A DNA stretch of 64,000 nucleotides from a virus: the IMG/VR virus record IMGVR_UViG_3300025141_000030; one strand, written 5' to 3'. The stretch's first letter is position 1; every line of letters begins with the position of its first letter. Below, piece after piece: positions 27,101-35,555 of this stretch. Below the pieces are notes generated by a model, which saw only the letters and a list, made by a program, of their open reading frames with translations, was not told the origin of the DNA and did not search any database. Both the position numbers and the translations under genes were made by a program.

Positions 27101-27750
27101 ATCTTGACGAGCTGCTTTATGACGAGACAGGAGCGTGGAAGCACTCCAAGATGAATAAGCGCTGCTTTGCAGCACTGACAAAGATGGAGGCGTTTGGGTC
27201 ACTCGAGGAGTTTGATGCCGGTATCCTAAATAACCATCGGCAGATGCACGACCTTATTATTGAAAATTACGATGTGTTAAAGAAGAATCGCTATGGGATG
27301 TCTATTCGAAAGGCGAGAAAGCTCGATGCACCATCCCAGCTTCCTCCTCTGCTGGGTGCTGTTTCAAATATCGAAGACTGGACCCGCGTCGAGAAGATTT
27401 CAAATTTTGCCGAGATTGGTGGCTCCGTAAACGAGGAGCTTGTTTTCCCAGCAGAGGTGATGGCAAAAATTGAGGAGTCTCAGCTTCCATCCCTTCCGAG
27501 TCTATCAGGAAACATTAGGAAAATTGCATGGGGATGCCTGCAGGATATTATCAAGAAGACGTCTAAGAACGGCAAGACATTTTACAGAATCAAGGTGATC
27601 GATCCGCAGAGCAACTACTGTTGGCTTAGGGTCTGGGGTGATATTCCCCCGGCCGCTGCACCTTACACTATTTGGATCTTTGACGTGTCTAATAACGAAC
27701 AGTGGGGCGCCAGCACCAATTCATCTAAAATGAGGCCTGTCGTTGTCTAA
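24196..27750 (+). CDS. dnaE: DNA polymerase III alpha subunit (family C)
   Basis: PHP domain (SLHNHSTFS, TDHG, GVE, SDAHY), GRGSGAGSLV, PDIDLD, GRHAGG, KFDFLGL and YGFNKSHAVAY. No intein is apparent. Confidence 0.97.
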   Translation: MAMTKEIFSRIRPPDRYVSLHNHSTFSPFDGLGEPKEHIDFVLSNEMDSWALTDHGNGNGLAHAHAHAKRLKSKGRNFRQIYGVEFYFVPDLAEWQQQYNTYRQEKKRPPESEDAGHVVEDADETRSKRSATDSFKKRYHVAVTAYNHTGLQNLFTLVKKSFKFGFYRFPRIDFKMLKEHSEGLTVTTACVGGYPSGLIYQSFPDVGFMDLKPDLVDDPIVIREIMGRLENCVDRFVDAVGQENFFLELQMNKMNAQNLTNRCLIDLSQKTGVPLVVTSDAHYPGPDYWEARELYRKLRPGMLDKEGANVLPALEELQSELYPKNASQMWEEYQRQYADNEFYQGTEELVRDAIERTHDMAWQRYEEVWFDQSVKLPSFDSPEKSAFNQLVDLVKEGLNREGLSDNEEYLQRAYMELSDIKFLGFENYFLTLQKTLKVSENGTLPGPGRGSGAGSLVNYLLDITHVDPLKHDLLWERFLHRNKAGWPDIDLDIGNRDVVIDAARQLFGDDSVIPVSNFNTLKLKSLVKDVSKFYGIPFHEVNAVTGPLESEVQNKARDPNMEKSMFVLRHEDCMKYSSRYREFMQAYPQVEEKVVDLFMQNRSIGRHAGGVLICPELERHMPVIKVRGEFQTSWSEGVNIRNLEENGFLKFDFLGLKQMKMVEDCIRQIVAKNLGREPSFSEVKAFYDENLNCRYHEPEDASVFSYVYQQGRWPGIFQFTSTGARKFCVAAQPKNITELAAITAIYRPGPLKANVHIKYVKARRDPSSVEFDHPVLKDVLGPTYGFIVFQEQFMLLAQKLAGFTPGESDKMRKTLVKKDLTSLGKKVTEKEELRKKFVSGAVEVGNMPRRDAESLFEKIAFFSLYGFNKSHAVAYAIASYYGAWLMTHYEHEWLSTCLQSENHNVKKLPVMIAEIKKLGYKFASADINLSGRTWTYSLEAKALVPPLSSFKGVGDAAMGEILENRPYRNLDELLYDETGAWKHSKMNKRCFAALTKMEAFGSLEEFDAGILNNHRQMHDLIIENYDVLKKNRYGMSIRKARKLDAPSQLPPLLGAVSNIEDWTRVEKISNFAEIGGSVNEELVFPAEVMAKIEESQLPSLPSLSGNIRKIAWGCLQDIIKKTSKNGKTFYRIKVIDPQSNYCWLRVWGDIPPAAAPYTIWIFDVSNNEQWGASTNSSKMRPVVV

Positions 27751-27767
27751 TACAAATAACCAGTGCT

Positions 27768-28007
27768 ATGTATGATAGTATATTAATCTGTCAGGAGGGT
27801 GTTTTTATGAGAAGTTTTGATGAGGTAGTGTTTAGGTCTATTATGGAAACTATTGACGGTGTTCGAGATGATATTAATCTCGCCTCTGAGCCGGCAAAGA
27901 ATGCTATTACTGTGGAAATTTTTGAGAGTGTCATGAGTGCTTGTAGCGATTTTTTAATCTCTTTTCGTGCTGACGGTGAAGAAGATGTGCTTATGCTAGG
28001 CGACTGA
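27768..28007 (+). CDS. Hypothetical acidic protein
   Basis: The likely true start is the second ATG (MRSFDE) after AGGAGG. Confidence 0.55.
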   Translation: MYDSILICQEGVFMRSFDEVVFRSIMETIDGVRDDINLASEPAKNAITVEIFESVMSACSDFLISFRADGEEDVLMLGD

Positions 28008-28008
28008 T

Positions 28009-28578
28009 ATGAGCCCAAGAGCGAATCCTGAGCTGGTCATTTTTACGGGACCCATGTTTAGCTCGAAGACGACTAGGCTTTTAGACATCTTGGATAGGTC
28101 TACCTATCAGAAAAAGAAGTCAATTTTATTTAAGGCCAGCATGGACAATAGGTATTCTAGGTCCGCCGTCTGCACCCATTCGGGTGTTAAGATGGAGGGC
28201 ATTGCTATTGATTCCGGATCTTCGCTGCTGGAATTCCTATCCCAGTCAGATGAGGTCTATGACACCATCGCCGTCGATGAGGCATTTATGATCGAGGGTG
28301 TGGCTGAGGTTCTTGTTTGGTTGTTTAAGAGGGGAGTTAACATTTATGTGTCATCGCTAGCACTTTCATATAGCGTTAGTGTTTTTGATGAGATGAGTGT
28401 TTTGTTACCGTGGGCAACAAGGGTTGAGGTCTGCACCGCAGTTTGTACAAAGTGTGGGAGTGACGCGTTTTATACCCATAAGAAATGTGACGATGGGAAA
28501 GTGATCGCCGTGGGCGGTGATGATATGTACGAGCCTAGGTGTTGGAAGCACCATCTTATTAGTGAGCAGGATGATTAA
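28009..28578 (+). CDS. tdk: Thymidine kinase (type II)
   Basis: GPMFSSKTT, DNRY, VDEAF, zinc-site CTKC...RC and VGGDDMYEPRC. Confidence 0.93.
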   Translation: MSPRANPELVIFTGPMFSSKTTRLLDILDRSTYQKKKSILFKASMDNRYSRSAVCTHSGVKMEGIAIDSGSSLLEFLSQSDEVYDTIAVDEAFMIEGVAEVLVWLFKRGVNIYVSSLALSYSVSVFDEMSVLLPWATRVEVCTAVCTKCGSDAFYTHKKCDDGKVIAVGGDDMYEPRCWKHHLISEQDD

Positions 28579-28589
28579 CAGGAATTAGT

Positions 28590-29531
28590 ATGATTGAACC
28601 TACAAGCGTAAATTGCGTGATTTATCATGCCGACTGTACCGATGGTTTTGGTGCGGCATACGCTGCATGGAAGCAGCTCGGCAACAGGGCTGAATATCAC
28701 CCCTGTAAGCACGGGTCTGCTCCACCGAACGTGAAGGACAAGGTAGTCGCGATTCTGGATTTCTCATTTGACAATGAGACTACCAAGAAGATGATTGTAG
28801 ATGCCACTGACCTGATCGTGATTGATCATCACAAGTCTGCGATGGTAGAACTACACGATATTACTAATACGCACTTTGACATGGCGAAGTCCGGTGCGAT
28901 GCTGTCATGGGATTTTTTCCATCCAGGCAAGGAGTCACCAAAGTTTATCCAGTATATCCAGGACCGTGACCTCTGGAAGTGGGAGCTTCCGTACTCCAAG
29001 GAGTTTAGCGCAGCATTTGACATGGTGCCCTTCGAGTTCGAGGAGTTTGAGAAGTTTGAGGACGACTCTGTCTTCGATGACGCCGTTAAGCGAGGATCCT
29101 ATATTCTTGCGTACTCTAAGACTGTTGTCAAGAAGGTGTGTGACAAGGCCTCATCTAGGAAGTTTGATGGCATGGATGTCATGGTTGTAAATTCCTCTCA
29201 CTGGATGTCAGAGATTGGTGCTAGGCTGGCCCCTGACTGCGACTTCGCGATGATCTGGTATTATGACCATGAGGATAAGTTTATTAAGGTCAGCCTGCGA
29301 TCTTTTCATGACAAGATTGATGTGTCTGAAATATCCAAGAAGTTTGGGGGAGGCGGCCATCGAAAGGCCGCGGGCTTCCAGCTTCCAGGTAATGCCATCG
29401 TTGATGACCTATTTGACAAGAGGACAACAAGTGGACGACGAAAGAAAAAAACAGCTACGCCAAAGAATTCAGGAGGCGGGTCAAAGGCTGGAGGGAAAGC
29501 TCCCACCAAGTCCGATGCATCCAAGGGGTAG
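28590..29531 (+). CDS. DHH/DHHA1 family phosphoesterase
   Basis: YHADCTDG, LDFS, IDHH, QDRDLW, VSLRS and GGGGHRKAAG. Confidence 0.9.
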   Translation: MIEPTSVNCVIYHADCTDGFGAAYAAWKQLGNRAEYHPCKHGSAPPNVKDKVVAILDFSFDNETTKKMIVDATDLIVIDHHKSAMVELHDITNTHFDMAKSGAMLSWDFFHPGKESPKFIQYIQDRDLWKWELPYSKEFSAAFDMVPFEFEEFEKFEDDSVFDDAVKRGSYILAYSKTVVKKVCDKASSRKFDGMDVMVVNSSHWMSEIGARLAPDCDFAMIWYYDHEDKFIKVSLRSFHDKIDVSEISKKFGGGGHRKAAGFQLPGNAIVDDLFDKRTTSGRRKKKTATPKNSGGGSKAGGKAPTKSDASKG

Positions 29532-29658
29532 GAATCCTTACGCCCATATCGCAAAGGTGATAAAGGGTGTCCTGGGCATGTCATACACAGAGGCTCCCAA
29601 CGAGCTGTACGATGATGTCATGGGAATAATTGAGCACTGCGAGCGGAATCCATTCTAG
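29431..29658 (+). CDS. Small hypothetical protein overlapping the DHH gene 3' end
   Basis: GAGGA RBS (29420-24) and GTG 29431. The product (DDERKKQLRQRIQEAGQRLEGKLPPSPMHPRGRNPYAHIAKVIK...) is protein-like. Confidence 0.65.
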   Translation: MDDERKKQLRQRIQEAGQRLEGKLPPSPMHPRGRNPYAHIAKVIKGVLGMSYTEAPNELYDDVMGIIEHCERNPF

Positions 29659-29666
29659 GACTTGCT

Positions 29667-29855
29667 GTGGAAATAATGATTGTAGTACTTTGTATCGCCG
29701 CCGCATTCTACGCCTGGAGTCGATCGAGAATGTCGACGCATCTCCTGAGGTTTCAAATTTATGTCCTGTCAAAGAGTATAACAGAATCCCTTCACCGCAC
29801 TGAAGAGAATTGTCGACAGATGGAGGGTAATAATGAGCCGCCCGACATGGGATGA
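29667..29855 (+). CDS. Small membrane-anchored protein
   Basis: N-terminal hydrophobic helix. Confidence 0.45.
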   Translation: MEIMIVVLCIAAAFYAWSRSRMSTHLLRFQIYVLSKSITESLHRTEENCRQMEGNNEPPDMG

Positions 29856-30255
29856 GATCTGGATGGGCGTTGCGATGATAATCGCCCGAAGGTCGGTCGA
29901 TCCAAGGAATAAGGTGGGCGCCGTCATTGTCAACCATGACGGTACACAGGTTCTCTCCGTGGGATATAATGGTGATTATAAGGGAGGGCCTAATATTGTA
30001 GAGTCTCACGATCCCGGGGAGTCAGGCATGATACACGCCGAGATTAATGCGCTCATTAAGCTGGACTACAACTATCCTCAGGACAAGGTGATGTACCTGA
30101 CACTGTCTCCATGTCGAATGTGTGCCAAGTCCATTGTTAACGCTGGAATTGGTGAGGTGGTCTACAGTCAGGAGTATCGAGACACCTCAGGAGTGGACAT
30201 ACTTCAGGCCGCTGGGATAAAAGTCAGGAAGTTCCCTTCGGATAACAATATTTAA
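29833..30255 (+). CDS. dCMP deaminase (ComEB-like)
   Basis: RPTWDE, KVGAVI, GYNG, HAEINA and SPCRMC zinc motifs. Confidence 0.92.
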   Translation: MSRPTWDEIWMGVAMIIARRSVDPRNKVGAVIVNHDGTQVLSVGYNGDYKGGPNIVESHDPGESGMIHAEINALIKLDYNYPQDKVMYLTLSPCRMCAKSIVNAGIGEVVYSQEYRDTSGVDILQAAGIKVRKFPSDNNI

Positions 30256-30290
30256 TTGGTGTACCTTTGTATTGGTTAGGGATGTGAAAT

Positions 30291-31559
30291 ATGACTAGAA
30301 AAACTTACGTTCAGCAAATGTGCGAGATGGTTGAGGGGCTTTATCCCGAATCCGACGTTCTCGCTCTTAATGAGCGCCGCCTCGGGCCGTTTTTGTTTGA
30401 GGCTTCTGCTGCGGAGATCAGGGACCAGGCGAAGGAGCTCCGCGATGAAGTCGCTGTTACTCGTGAGAGGCTCGACAAGACTGTCGCTCTGATGCCTGAT
30501 TCTATGGGCTATACACGAAATTTCTTTGAAAAGGTGATAGCAGGAATGCCCAGCGCCTCGAAGATTGCCAATCAGATGGCCGGCGGCGATATGGATGAGA
30601 TGAAGGCCACCGTCGCGTTGGTGGGTACGCAGCTTGCCAATGTCGACGCGATTGAGAGTGTTTTTAGGGCCGGTGCAAACGAGCTGAATACTGTGCTCGA
30701 TACCCTTCCGTCCTGGTCCTCCGCTGGCGCTAACGAGACTATTAAACAGCTTATAGATGGCGATGATGAGCTGGAGGAAAAGAATTTTGAGAGCGTCTTT
30801 CAGAGGAACTGGCGTCCCGCATCCCAGGATGCTGGTTTTTTAAAGAGCGCCACTCGTGCTATTAGTCGGTGGTTTAGTAGCGATAAGCTTATGACCTGGG
30901 CTGGACTGGATCCCAAGCGTGTCTTTCCTGAAATGATAGCACTCAAGAAGGAAGACTTTGAGAGCCTCATTGAGGGACTGCCTGCTGAACGTGAGTCTGT
31001 TGGGGCTGACGACGAGGAAGTTATCGTGTCAGCGGCCGAGGAGACGACAGAGGCACCCGGCGGCGCTGACGACGCCGGTGAAGCTGAAGGTGGTGAAGCT
31101 GAAGGTGGTGAAACTGAAGGTGGTGAAGCTGAAGGTGGTGAAGCTGAAGGTGGTGAAGCTGAAGGCGGAGAGGAAGGCACCGGAGACGAGGCCGATCCCG
31201 AGGATGTGGATGCACCTGGATCGACGCCTGAGCTAAAGATTAGAAAGAACTCGAGGGAGGCGATGGGTCGTGCTAAGGCTAGGATTGAAAAGCTTCGTAC
31301 CGCTATTGCTGCCTATGAGACCAGTCTCGATTCACCTGCCCGAACTACCGCGGCCAGAGAAGCCCGTGAGGAACTACGTGTGGCTATCGCCGATATTATC
31401 GACAGTCTTGCCGGCCAGGACGTGGTCTCCGAGGGTCGAATGGATGACAGGGAGCTGCTTGGACTTGCCAAGGACATCGTGGCCGAGTCAACGAGCGCTG
31501 GAATTACTCGACAGGTGGACGACTACAGGCGCTGGCGCCAACTTGCCGGCATGGTGTAG
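30291..31559 (+). CDS. Acidic protein with EAEGG repeats, possible head-internal/scaffold-like protein
   Basis: Preceded by ATATTTA (30248-54); very acidic linker; ends in RRWRQLAGMV. Confidence 0.65.
   Translation: MTRKTYVQQMCEMVEGLYPESDVLALNERRLGPFLFEASAAEIRDQAKELRDEVAVTRERLDKTVALMPDSMGYTRNFFEKVIAGMPSASKIANQMAGGDMDEMKATVALVGTQLANVDAIESVFRAGANELNTVLDTLPSWSSAGANETIKQLIDGDDELEEKNFESVFQRNWRPASQDAGFLKSATRAISRWFSSDKLMTWAGLDPKRVFPEMIALKKEDFESLIEGLPAERESVGADDEEVIVSAAEETTEAPGGADDAGEAEGGEAEGGETEGGEAEGGEAEGGEAEGGEEGTGDEADPEDVDAPGSTPELKIRKNSREAMGRAKARIEKLRTAIAAYETSLDSPARTTAAREAREELRVAIADIIDSLAGQDVVSEGRMDDRELLGLAKDIVAESTSAGITRQVDDYRRWRQLAGMV
31077..31166 (+). repeat. 15-bp coding tandem repeat x6 (GGTGAAGCTGAAGGT; GEAEG)
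   Basis: Six consecutive units, with single mismatches in units 3 and 6. Confidence 0.92.
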
Positions 31560-31561
31560 CC

Positions 31562-31840
31562 GTGGGCAAGCTGACCGATAGCGAGATTATTGGTCTCATC
31601 CGCGAGGAGTACCAGAAGAAGGTGCGAGAGGTCGTGGATGAACTGGACTCTTTTATCAAGCTGGGAGCATCGGGCGATGTCAATATCCTCAGTCCAGGCC
31701 TGAAGATTAGAGATCGCGATGCCGGCCTGCTTTATACAATAGAACTCGTTCGTCCCGACGGCTGTCAGGTGGTCAGTGCCGTCGGCGTTGAGTTCTTTAT
31801 CAAGAACGACGAACTTCGAGACAGGTATATACTCGACTAG
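31562..31840 (+). CDS. Hypothetical protein with an IxEE leader
   Basis: KLTDSEIIGLIREE N-terminus. Confidence 0.6.
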   Translation: MGKLTDSEIIGLIREEYQKKVREVVDELDSFIKLGASGDVNILSPGLKIRDRDAGLLYTIELVRPDGCQVVSAVGVEFFIKNDELRDRYILD

Positions 31841-31849
31841 GGAGCTGCT

Positions 31850-32545
31850 ATGGATTATAAGGATATCACTAAAAATATACGTGAGTCGATGGGACTCCCC
31901 AATGACGAGGCTGAGAAGGAAACGCTTACCGAGGCTTTTGTAGCCCAGCCTAAGAAGTTCGATCTCGGCACCGAGAAGCTCAGTCAAAAGACGAAGACAG
32001 CACACCTGGAGCTCTATAACAACTATATATCGTGCTTCAATCGCACCTCAGCTGAACTGGATGGGGTTTCACGCGACGACGCTAACTCATCGTGCTCCCT
32101 TTTTAGGGACATCAAGCTGGCCGAACAGTTTAACATGGGCGCAGTCTACTTGCACGAACTTTACTTTGCCAATATCGCCTCTCACGCCTCGGAGCTGTCC
32201 ATGGACTCCCTCACCTATATGCGACTTGCTCGCGACTGGGGATCGTTCGACCTGTGGCAGCGGGATTTTATCGCCTGCGCCATGTCAGCTCGTTCCGGCT
32301 GGGCAGTCTGCTGCTACAACACATACATCCAGGGCTATGTCAACGTTATAGTCGACGGCCACACTGGAAACGTGCCGATGGGATGCATTCCAGTTATTGT
32401 GATGGACATGTGGGAGCATGCCTACTACAAGGACTACCTCAATAATAAGAAGCAGTACCTCTATAACATGATGAGTGAGCTCAACTGGGACGTTATCGAG
32501 AATCGAGTCAAGCGCGCCGAGCGGATGGCGCAGGTTGCGAGGTGA
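31850..32545 (+). CDS. Fe/Mn superoxide dismutase family protein
   Basis: DMWEHAYY signature, LHELYF, AHLELY and SGWA. It has an N-terminal extension of about 30 aa. Confidence 0.88.
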   Translation: MDYKDITKNIRESMGLPNDEAEKETLTEAFVAQPKKFDLGTEKLSQKTKTAHLELYNNYISCFNRTSAELDGVSRDDANSSCSLFRDIKLAEQFNMGAVYLHELYFANIASHASELSMDSLTYMRLARDWGSFDLWQRDFIACAMSARSGWAVCCYNTYIQGYVNVIVDGHTGNVPMGCIPVIVMDMWEHAYYKDYLNNKKQYLYNMMSELNWDVIENRVKRAERMAQVAR

Positions 32546-32549
32546 CACC

Positions 32550-33278
32550 GTGTCTGAGGACCTCTTAAGGGAGTACATCACAGAGTCACTCTCTGAGGCG
32601 GGAATCATTTCTACCCTTGCTAAAGGTGTGGCAGCGACGGGAAAGGCTGTGAAACAGGGCCAGCGTGTCGGAAATTTATTGTTCCAGCATGATTTTATGG
32701 GAGCCTTCGAGGCTTGGCTACCACCTGAGCTAAAGGACAAGTTAATTAAGCTGAGCTCCAAGGAGTTTTCCCAGGAGGACATAGGGGCCAGACGAAGGGA
32801 ATTCGACAGGACTACTACTGATCTCGAGGCTGAGGTCTTGAAAAGACGGGATAAATTGAAAACCGTCGACCCGGCTGATGACGAGGCTAGGAAGAAGATT
32901 GAGCTTCAAATATCCCAGTTAAATGATGCGATAAGTGCGCTGCAGGACCAGAAGGATGCGCTAGTAGTAACTCCCTCTCGAGGCCTTGCGTCCAAGCTCA
33001 CGCATCGCATAGCTCGTGATATTAAAGGTGTGAATATAGATTCCGAGACATCTGGAATAAGGCAGGCGCTAGGTAAGCACTATAAAAAACTGGGGGTTAG
33101 TAACGACAAGGAAGGATTTTTGAAAGCCTTAATGATGCCGCCAACCAGTGAAGTCAGGGACTTTTATATCGAAGTCGCCAAGAGCTATCACGGCATCCAG
33201 AAGATACAGATCGAGACAGGCGATCTTGCAAGATTGCAGGACAAGCTTGCTGTTGCAGTTGCAGCGGCGAGGAAATAG
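32550..33278 (+). CDS. Hypothetical coiled-coil protein
   Basis: Re-started at GTG 32550 after GAGGTG; VSEDLLREYITESLSE leader. Confidence 0.6.
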   Translation: MSEDLLREYITESLSEAGIISTLAKGVAATGKAVKQGQRVGNLLFQHDFMGAFEAWLPPELKDKLIKLSSKEFSQEDIGARRREFDRTTTDLEAEVLKRRDKLKTVDPADDEARKKIELQISQLNDAISALQDQKDALVVTPSRGLASKLTHRIARDIKGVNIDSETSGIRQALGKHYKKLGVSNDKEGFLKALMMPPTSEVRDFYIEVAKSYHGIQKIQIETGDLARLQDKLAVAVAAARK

Positions 33279-33308
33279 TTATAACATGATTTATCGGTGG
33301 AGTCAGTG

Positions 33309-33872
33309 ATGAAATTATCCAGAGAGTTTTTAAGAAGGCTAATTGTCGAGGAGGCCCTGAAGCCGCAGGATGATGCAGCTGTCAAGGAGCCCATGGGGCT
33401 TTCATCCGATTCCCTCGACGACCAGATCGATGCCCTGTTTATTAAGTACGAGAATCAGGCAATCGGATCCGTATCCGAGTCTAGGTCACTTAGGTCAGAG
33501 CTACCCCACCTGTTTGAGCAGGAGGGTGGCGAGGAGGAGGAATCCGAGATAAGCGGCGGTGACTCTGAGATCGTGGGCAGTGAGGAAATGACTGCCGAGG
33601 AGCCCGCCGAGGAGCGCCAGCCGCCCCTTAACATCGACAACTTCGCCGGGTCTGTCGCCAGATTGATAATGAACTACGACAGCCTCTTGGATCCCGTGAC
33701 TGTCATCCTTAATCGAGCAATGAACTTTTTGGACAACCGGTATGAAAAGAGCGTTGCTGACAATTTTACAGAGATAATGGCGCAGCAGTATGGTATGGAG
33801 CTGAATCCTATCGATGACACGCAGCCACCTCCGGCCGCTGCCGGAGCAGGATCGACGCCTGCTGGAGCATAA
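33309..33872 (+). CDS. Acidic hypothetical protein
   Basis: GGAG RBS; MKLSREFLRRLIVEE leader. Confidence 0.65.
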   Translation: MKLSREFLRRLIVEEALKPQDDAAVKEPMGLSSDSLDDQIDALFIKYENQAIGSVSESRSLRSELPHLFEQEGGEEEESEISGGDSEIVGSEEMTAEEPAEERQPPLNIDNFAGSVARLIMNYDSLLDPVTVILNRAMNFLDNRYEKSVADNFTEIMAQQYGMELNPIDDTQPPPAAAGAGSTPAGA

Positions 33873-33876
33873 CTTC

Positions 33877-34152
33877 ATGGACCTGGATCACAGGAAGAGC
33901 GTGCATATTAAGCTGCTGACTGACACGCATGCTAACTTTCGGATCGCATCATTTAAGCTTAAGCTTTCCATGCAGGAAATGTTTGAGGAGTTTGCCCAGC
34001 GAGTGATTGCTGAGGACCCTAAGGTAATGCGCATACTTCAGGACCTTGCTGATCGCAAGAAGAAAAAATTAGTTAAAAAGTTATCGAAGAGTGACGCGAG
34101 CACAATTCTTGATATAATTGACTCGGAGAGTCCATTTTCACAGGATTTATAG
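33877..34152 (+). CDS. Possible ribbon-helix-helix DNA-binding protein
   Basis: RKSVHIKL strand followed by two helices (SMQEMFEEF); start ATG 33877. Confidence 0.45.
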   Translation: MDLDHRKSVHIKLLTDTHANFRIASFKLKLSMQEMFEEFAQRVIAEDPKVMRILQDLADRKKKKLVKKLSKSDASTILDIIDSESPFSQDL

Positions 34153-34156
34153 CGCT

Positions 34157-34438
34157 ATGCTTAAGGCAATAATAGAGGGTTCAATTAGGGCCCGACTGGC
34201 AGACATATATGAGAAGCTGGCACTTACATCTAGGGGAATTGCAGATCTCAGTGAGAAACTGATGGACCTAATAGATCATGTTTCTGAGAATCGCAAGTCG
34301 ATCAATGTGTTAATTGAGATGCACACCCAGATGATGCAGGCCGTTATGGAGGAGGAAGAGCGTTCAGCTAAAAGGGGCGTTCCCACTTTAATGGACCTGC
34401 TTGGCGCGCCTGTTGATGATGATGATATGCCAAACTAG
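34157..34438 (+). CDS. Hypothetical coiled-coil protein
   Basis: Start ATG 34157; heptad pattern. Confidence 0.55.
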   Translation: MLKAIIEGSIRARLADIYEKLALTSRGIADLSEKLMDLIDHVSENRKSINVLIEMHTQMMQAVMEEEERSAKRGVPTLMDLLGAPVDDDDMPN

Positions 34439-34447
34439 GAGAAAATT

Positions 34448-34636
34448 ATGAAAAAAGGATGGATGGATATAATTGTAGAGAAGCTAATAAGTCGCAAGCT
34501 GCTGACATTCGCGACAGCAACCGGCCTACTGGCATTCTCTGACCTTGACAGCGAGACGTGGGGGATGATTGCAGTCGTCTATATTGGATCGCAGGCCGCA
34601 GTCGATATTGTCAAGGCCTACCGGGAAAGTGGCTAA
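34448..34636 (+). CDS. Small two-TM membrane protein (holin-like)
   Basis: AGGAG RBS; SRKLL followed by two short hydrophobic helices and a charged C-terminus. Confidence 0.5.
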   Translation: MKKGWMDIIVEKLISRKLLTFATATGLLAFSDLDSETWGMIAVVYIGSQAAVDIVKAYRESG

Positions 34637-35043
34637 TGCTGACGCTGGTGGGACTCAAGAAGGCCTGGTCGTGGCTTAAGGCACACTGGTACTGGCCTGT
34701 CATTGCCACACTGGGTATTGTCACCCTTGTCGTTACCAGAAAGCCACCTACGTGGGTTTTTGAGATGATGAAAAAGAATCGTGAGTTCATGGATGAGGAA
34801 CATGCCGCTATAGACCGTGCTGAGGCCGACGCCGCTGAGGCTAAGTTTGCCGCCGAGGATAGGTTCAACGAGGTGGTGGAGGAGATTGAGAAGAATCATA
34901 CTGATCGCAAGGCAGAGCTGGACAAGAAGAAGGAACGGGAGATACGCAGGATTATCAAGGACACCAAGAACGATCCGACAGCCATCACCAACGAGATTGC
35001 CGAGAGGTTCGGTTTCACCGTCATCCTTCCGGAGGAGTCATGA
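34636..35043 (+). CDS. N-terminal TM plus coiled-coil protein (inner-spanin-like topology)
   Basis: TAATG coupling; WYWPVIATLGIVTLVV TM segment followed by a charged helix. Confidence 0.5.
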   Translation: MLTLVGLKKAWSWLKAHWYWPVIATLGIVTLVVTRKPPTWVFEMMKKNREFMDEEHAAIDRAEADAAEAKFAAEDRFNEVVEEIEKNHTDRKAELDKKKEREIRRIIKDTKNDPTAITNEIAERFGFTVILPEES

Positions 35044-35516
35044 GGAAGATCATCGCCTCCATGTGCATCGGCCTGATGTGCTTTATTTCACTGCCGACCT
35101 ACGCGCTGGCCGACGACGATGTCGGAGAGGCCGTCGCGCCGCTTAACAAGAACCAACGCGCTCCATTTACAGGCACGTTGTTCAGCACCGAGGCTGCCGC
35201 CCGACTGTTGATCGACGCTGAGTTTAACTTGGAGGTTGCCCAGCTTGAGACGGATCGACAGCTTCTCATTCAGGCCGCACAGTTTCAACTGGAGATAGAT
35301 CGGCGTGATGTGGACATCCTAATGTGGGAGACTAAGTACGTCGATGTCCTGTCTATCCGTGACCAGCAGGTGACATACCTGGAGGACAGGCTGGAGAAGC
35401 TGGCTCGCCCTGACCACAAGGAGCTGATATTCATCGGAGGGGTGGCATCAGGTATTGTGGTGGTCCTTTTAACTGCGCTGGCTGTTAACGGAATAAATAA
35501 TCAGCTGGCACAATGA
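35040..35516 (+). CDS. Secreted/membrane protein with signal peptide, coiled coil and C-terminal TM
   Basis: GGAGGAG RBS; MRKIIASMCIGLMCFISLPTYA signal; IFIGGVASGIVVVLLTALAV TM segment. Confidence 0.6.
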   Translation: MRKIIASMCIGLMCFISLPTYALADDDVGEAVAPLNKNQRAPFTGTLFSTEAAARLLIDAEFNLEVAQLETDRQLLIQAAQFQLEIDRRDVDILMWETKYVDVLSIRDQQVTYLEDRLEKLARPDHKELIFIGGVASGIVVVLLTALAVNGINNQLAQ

Positions 35517-35555
35517 TCAGCTAGATAATATTTATCTGGTGTGCTAGGAGTAGAC

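Noticed and set aside
31077-31166. Possible CRISPR array
   Set aside because: Head-to-tail 15-mers without spacers, in frame within a CDS; no cas genes.
30958-31236. Alternative-frame ORFs with VKLKV or LQLHH repeats
   Set aside because: Frame-shifted readings of the 15-bp GEAEG tandem repeat.
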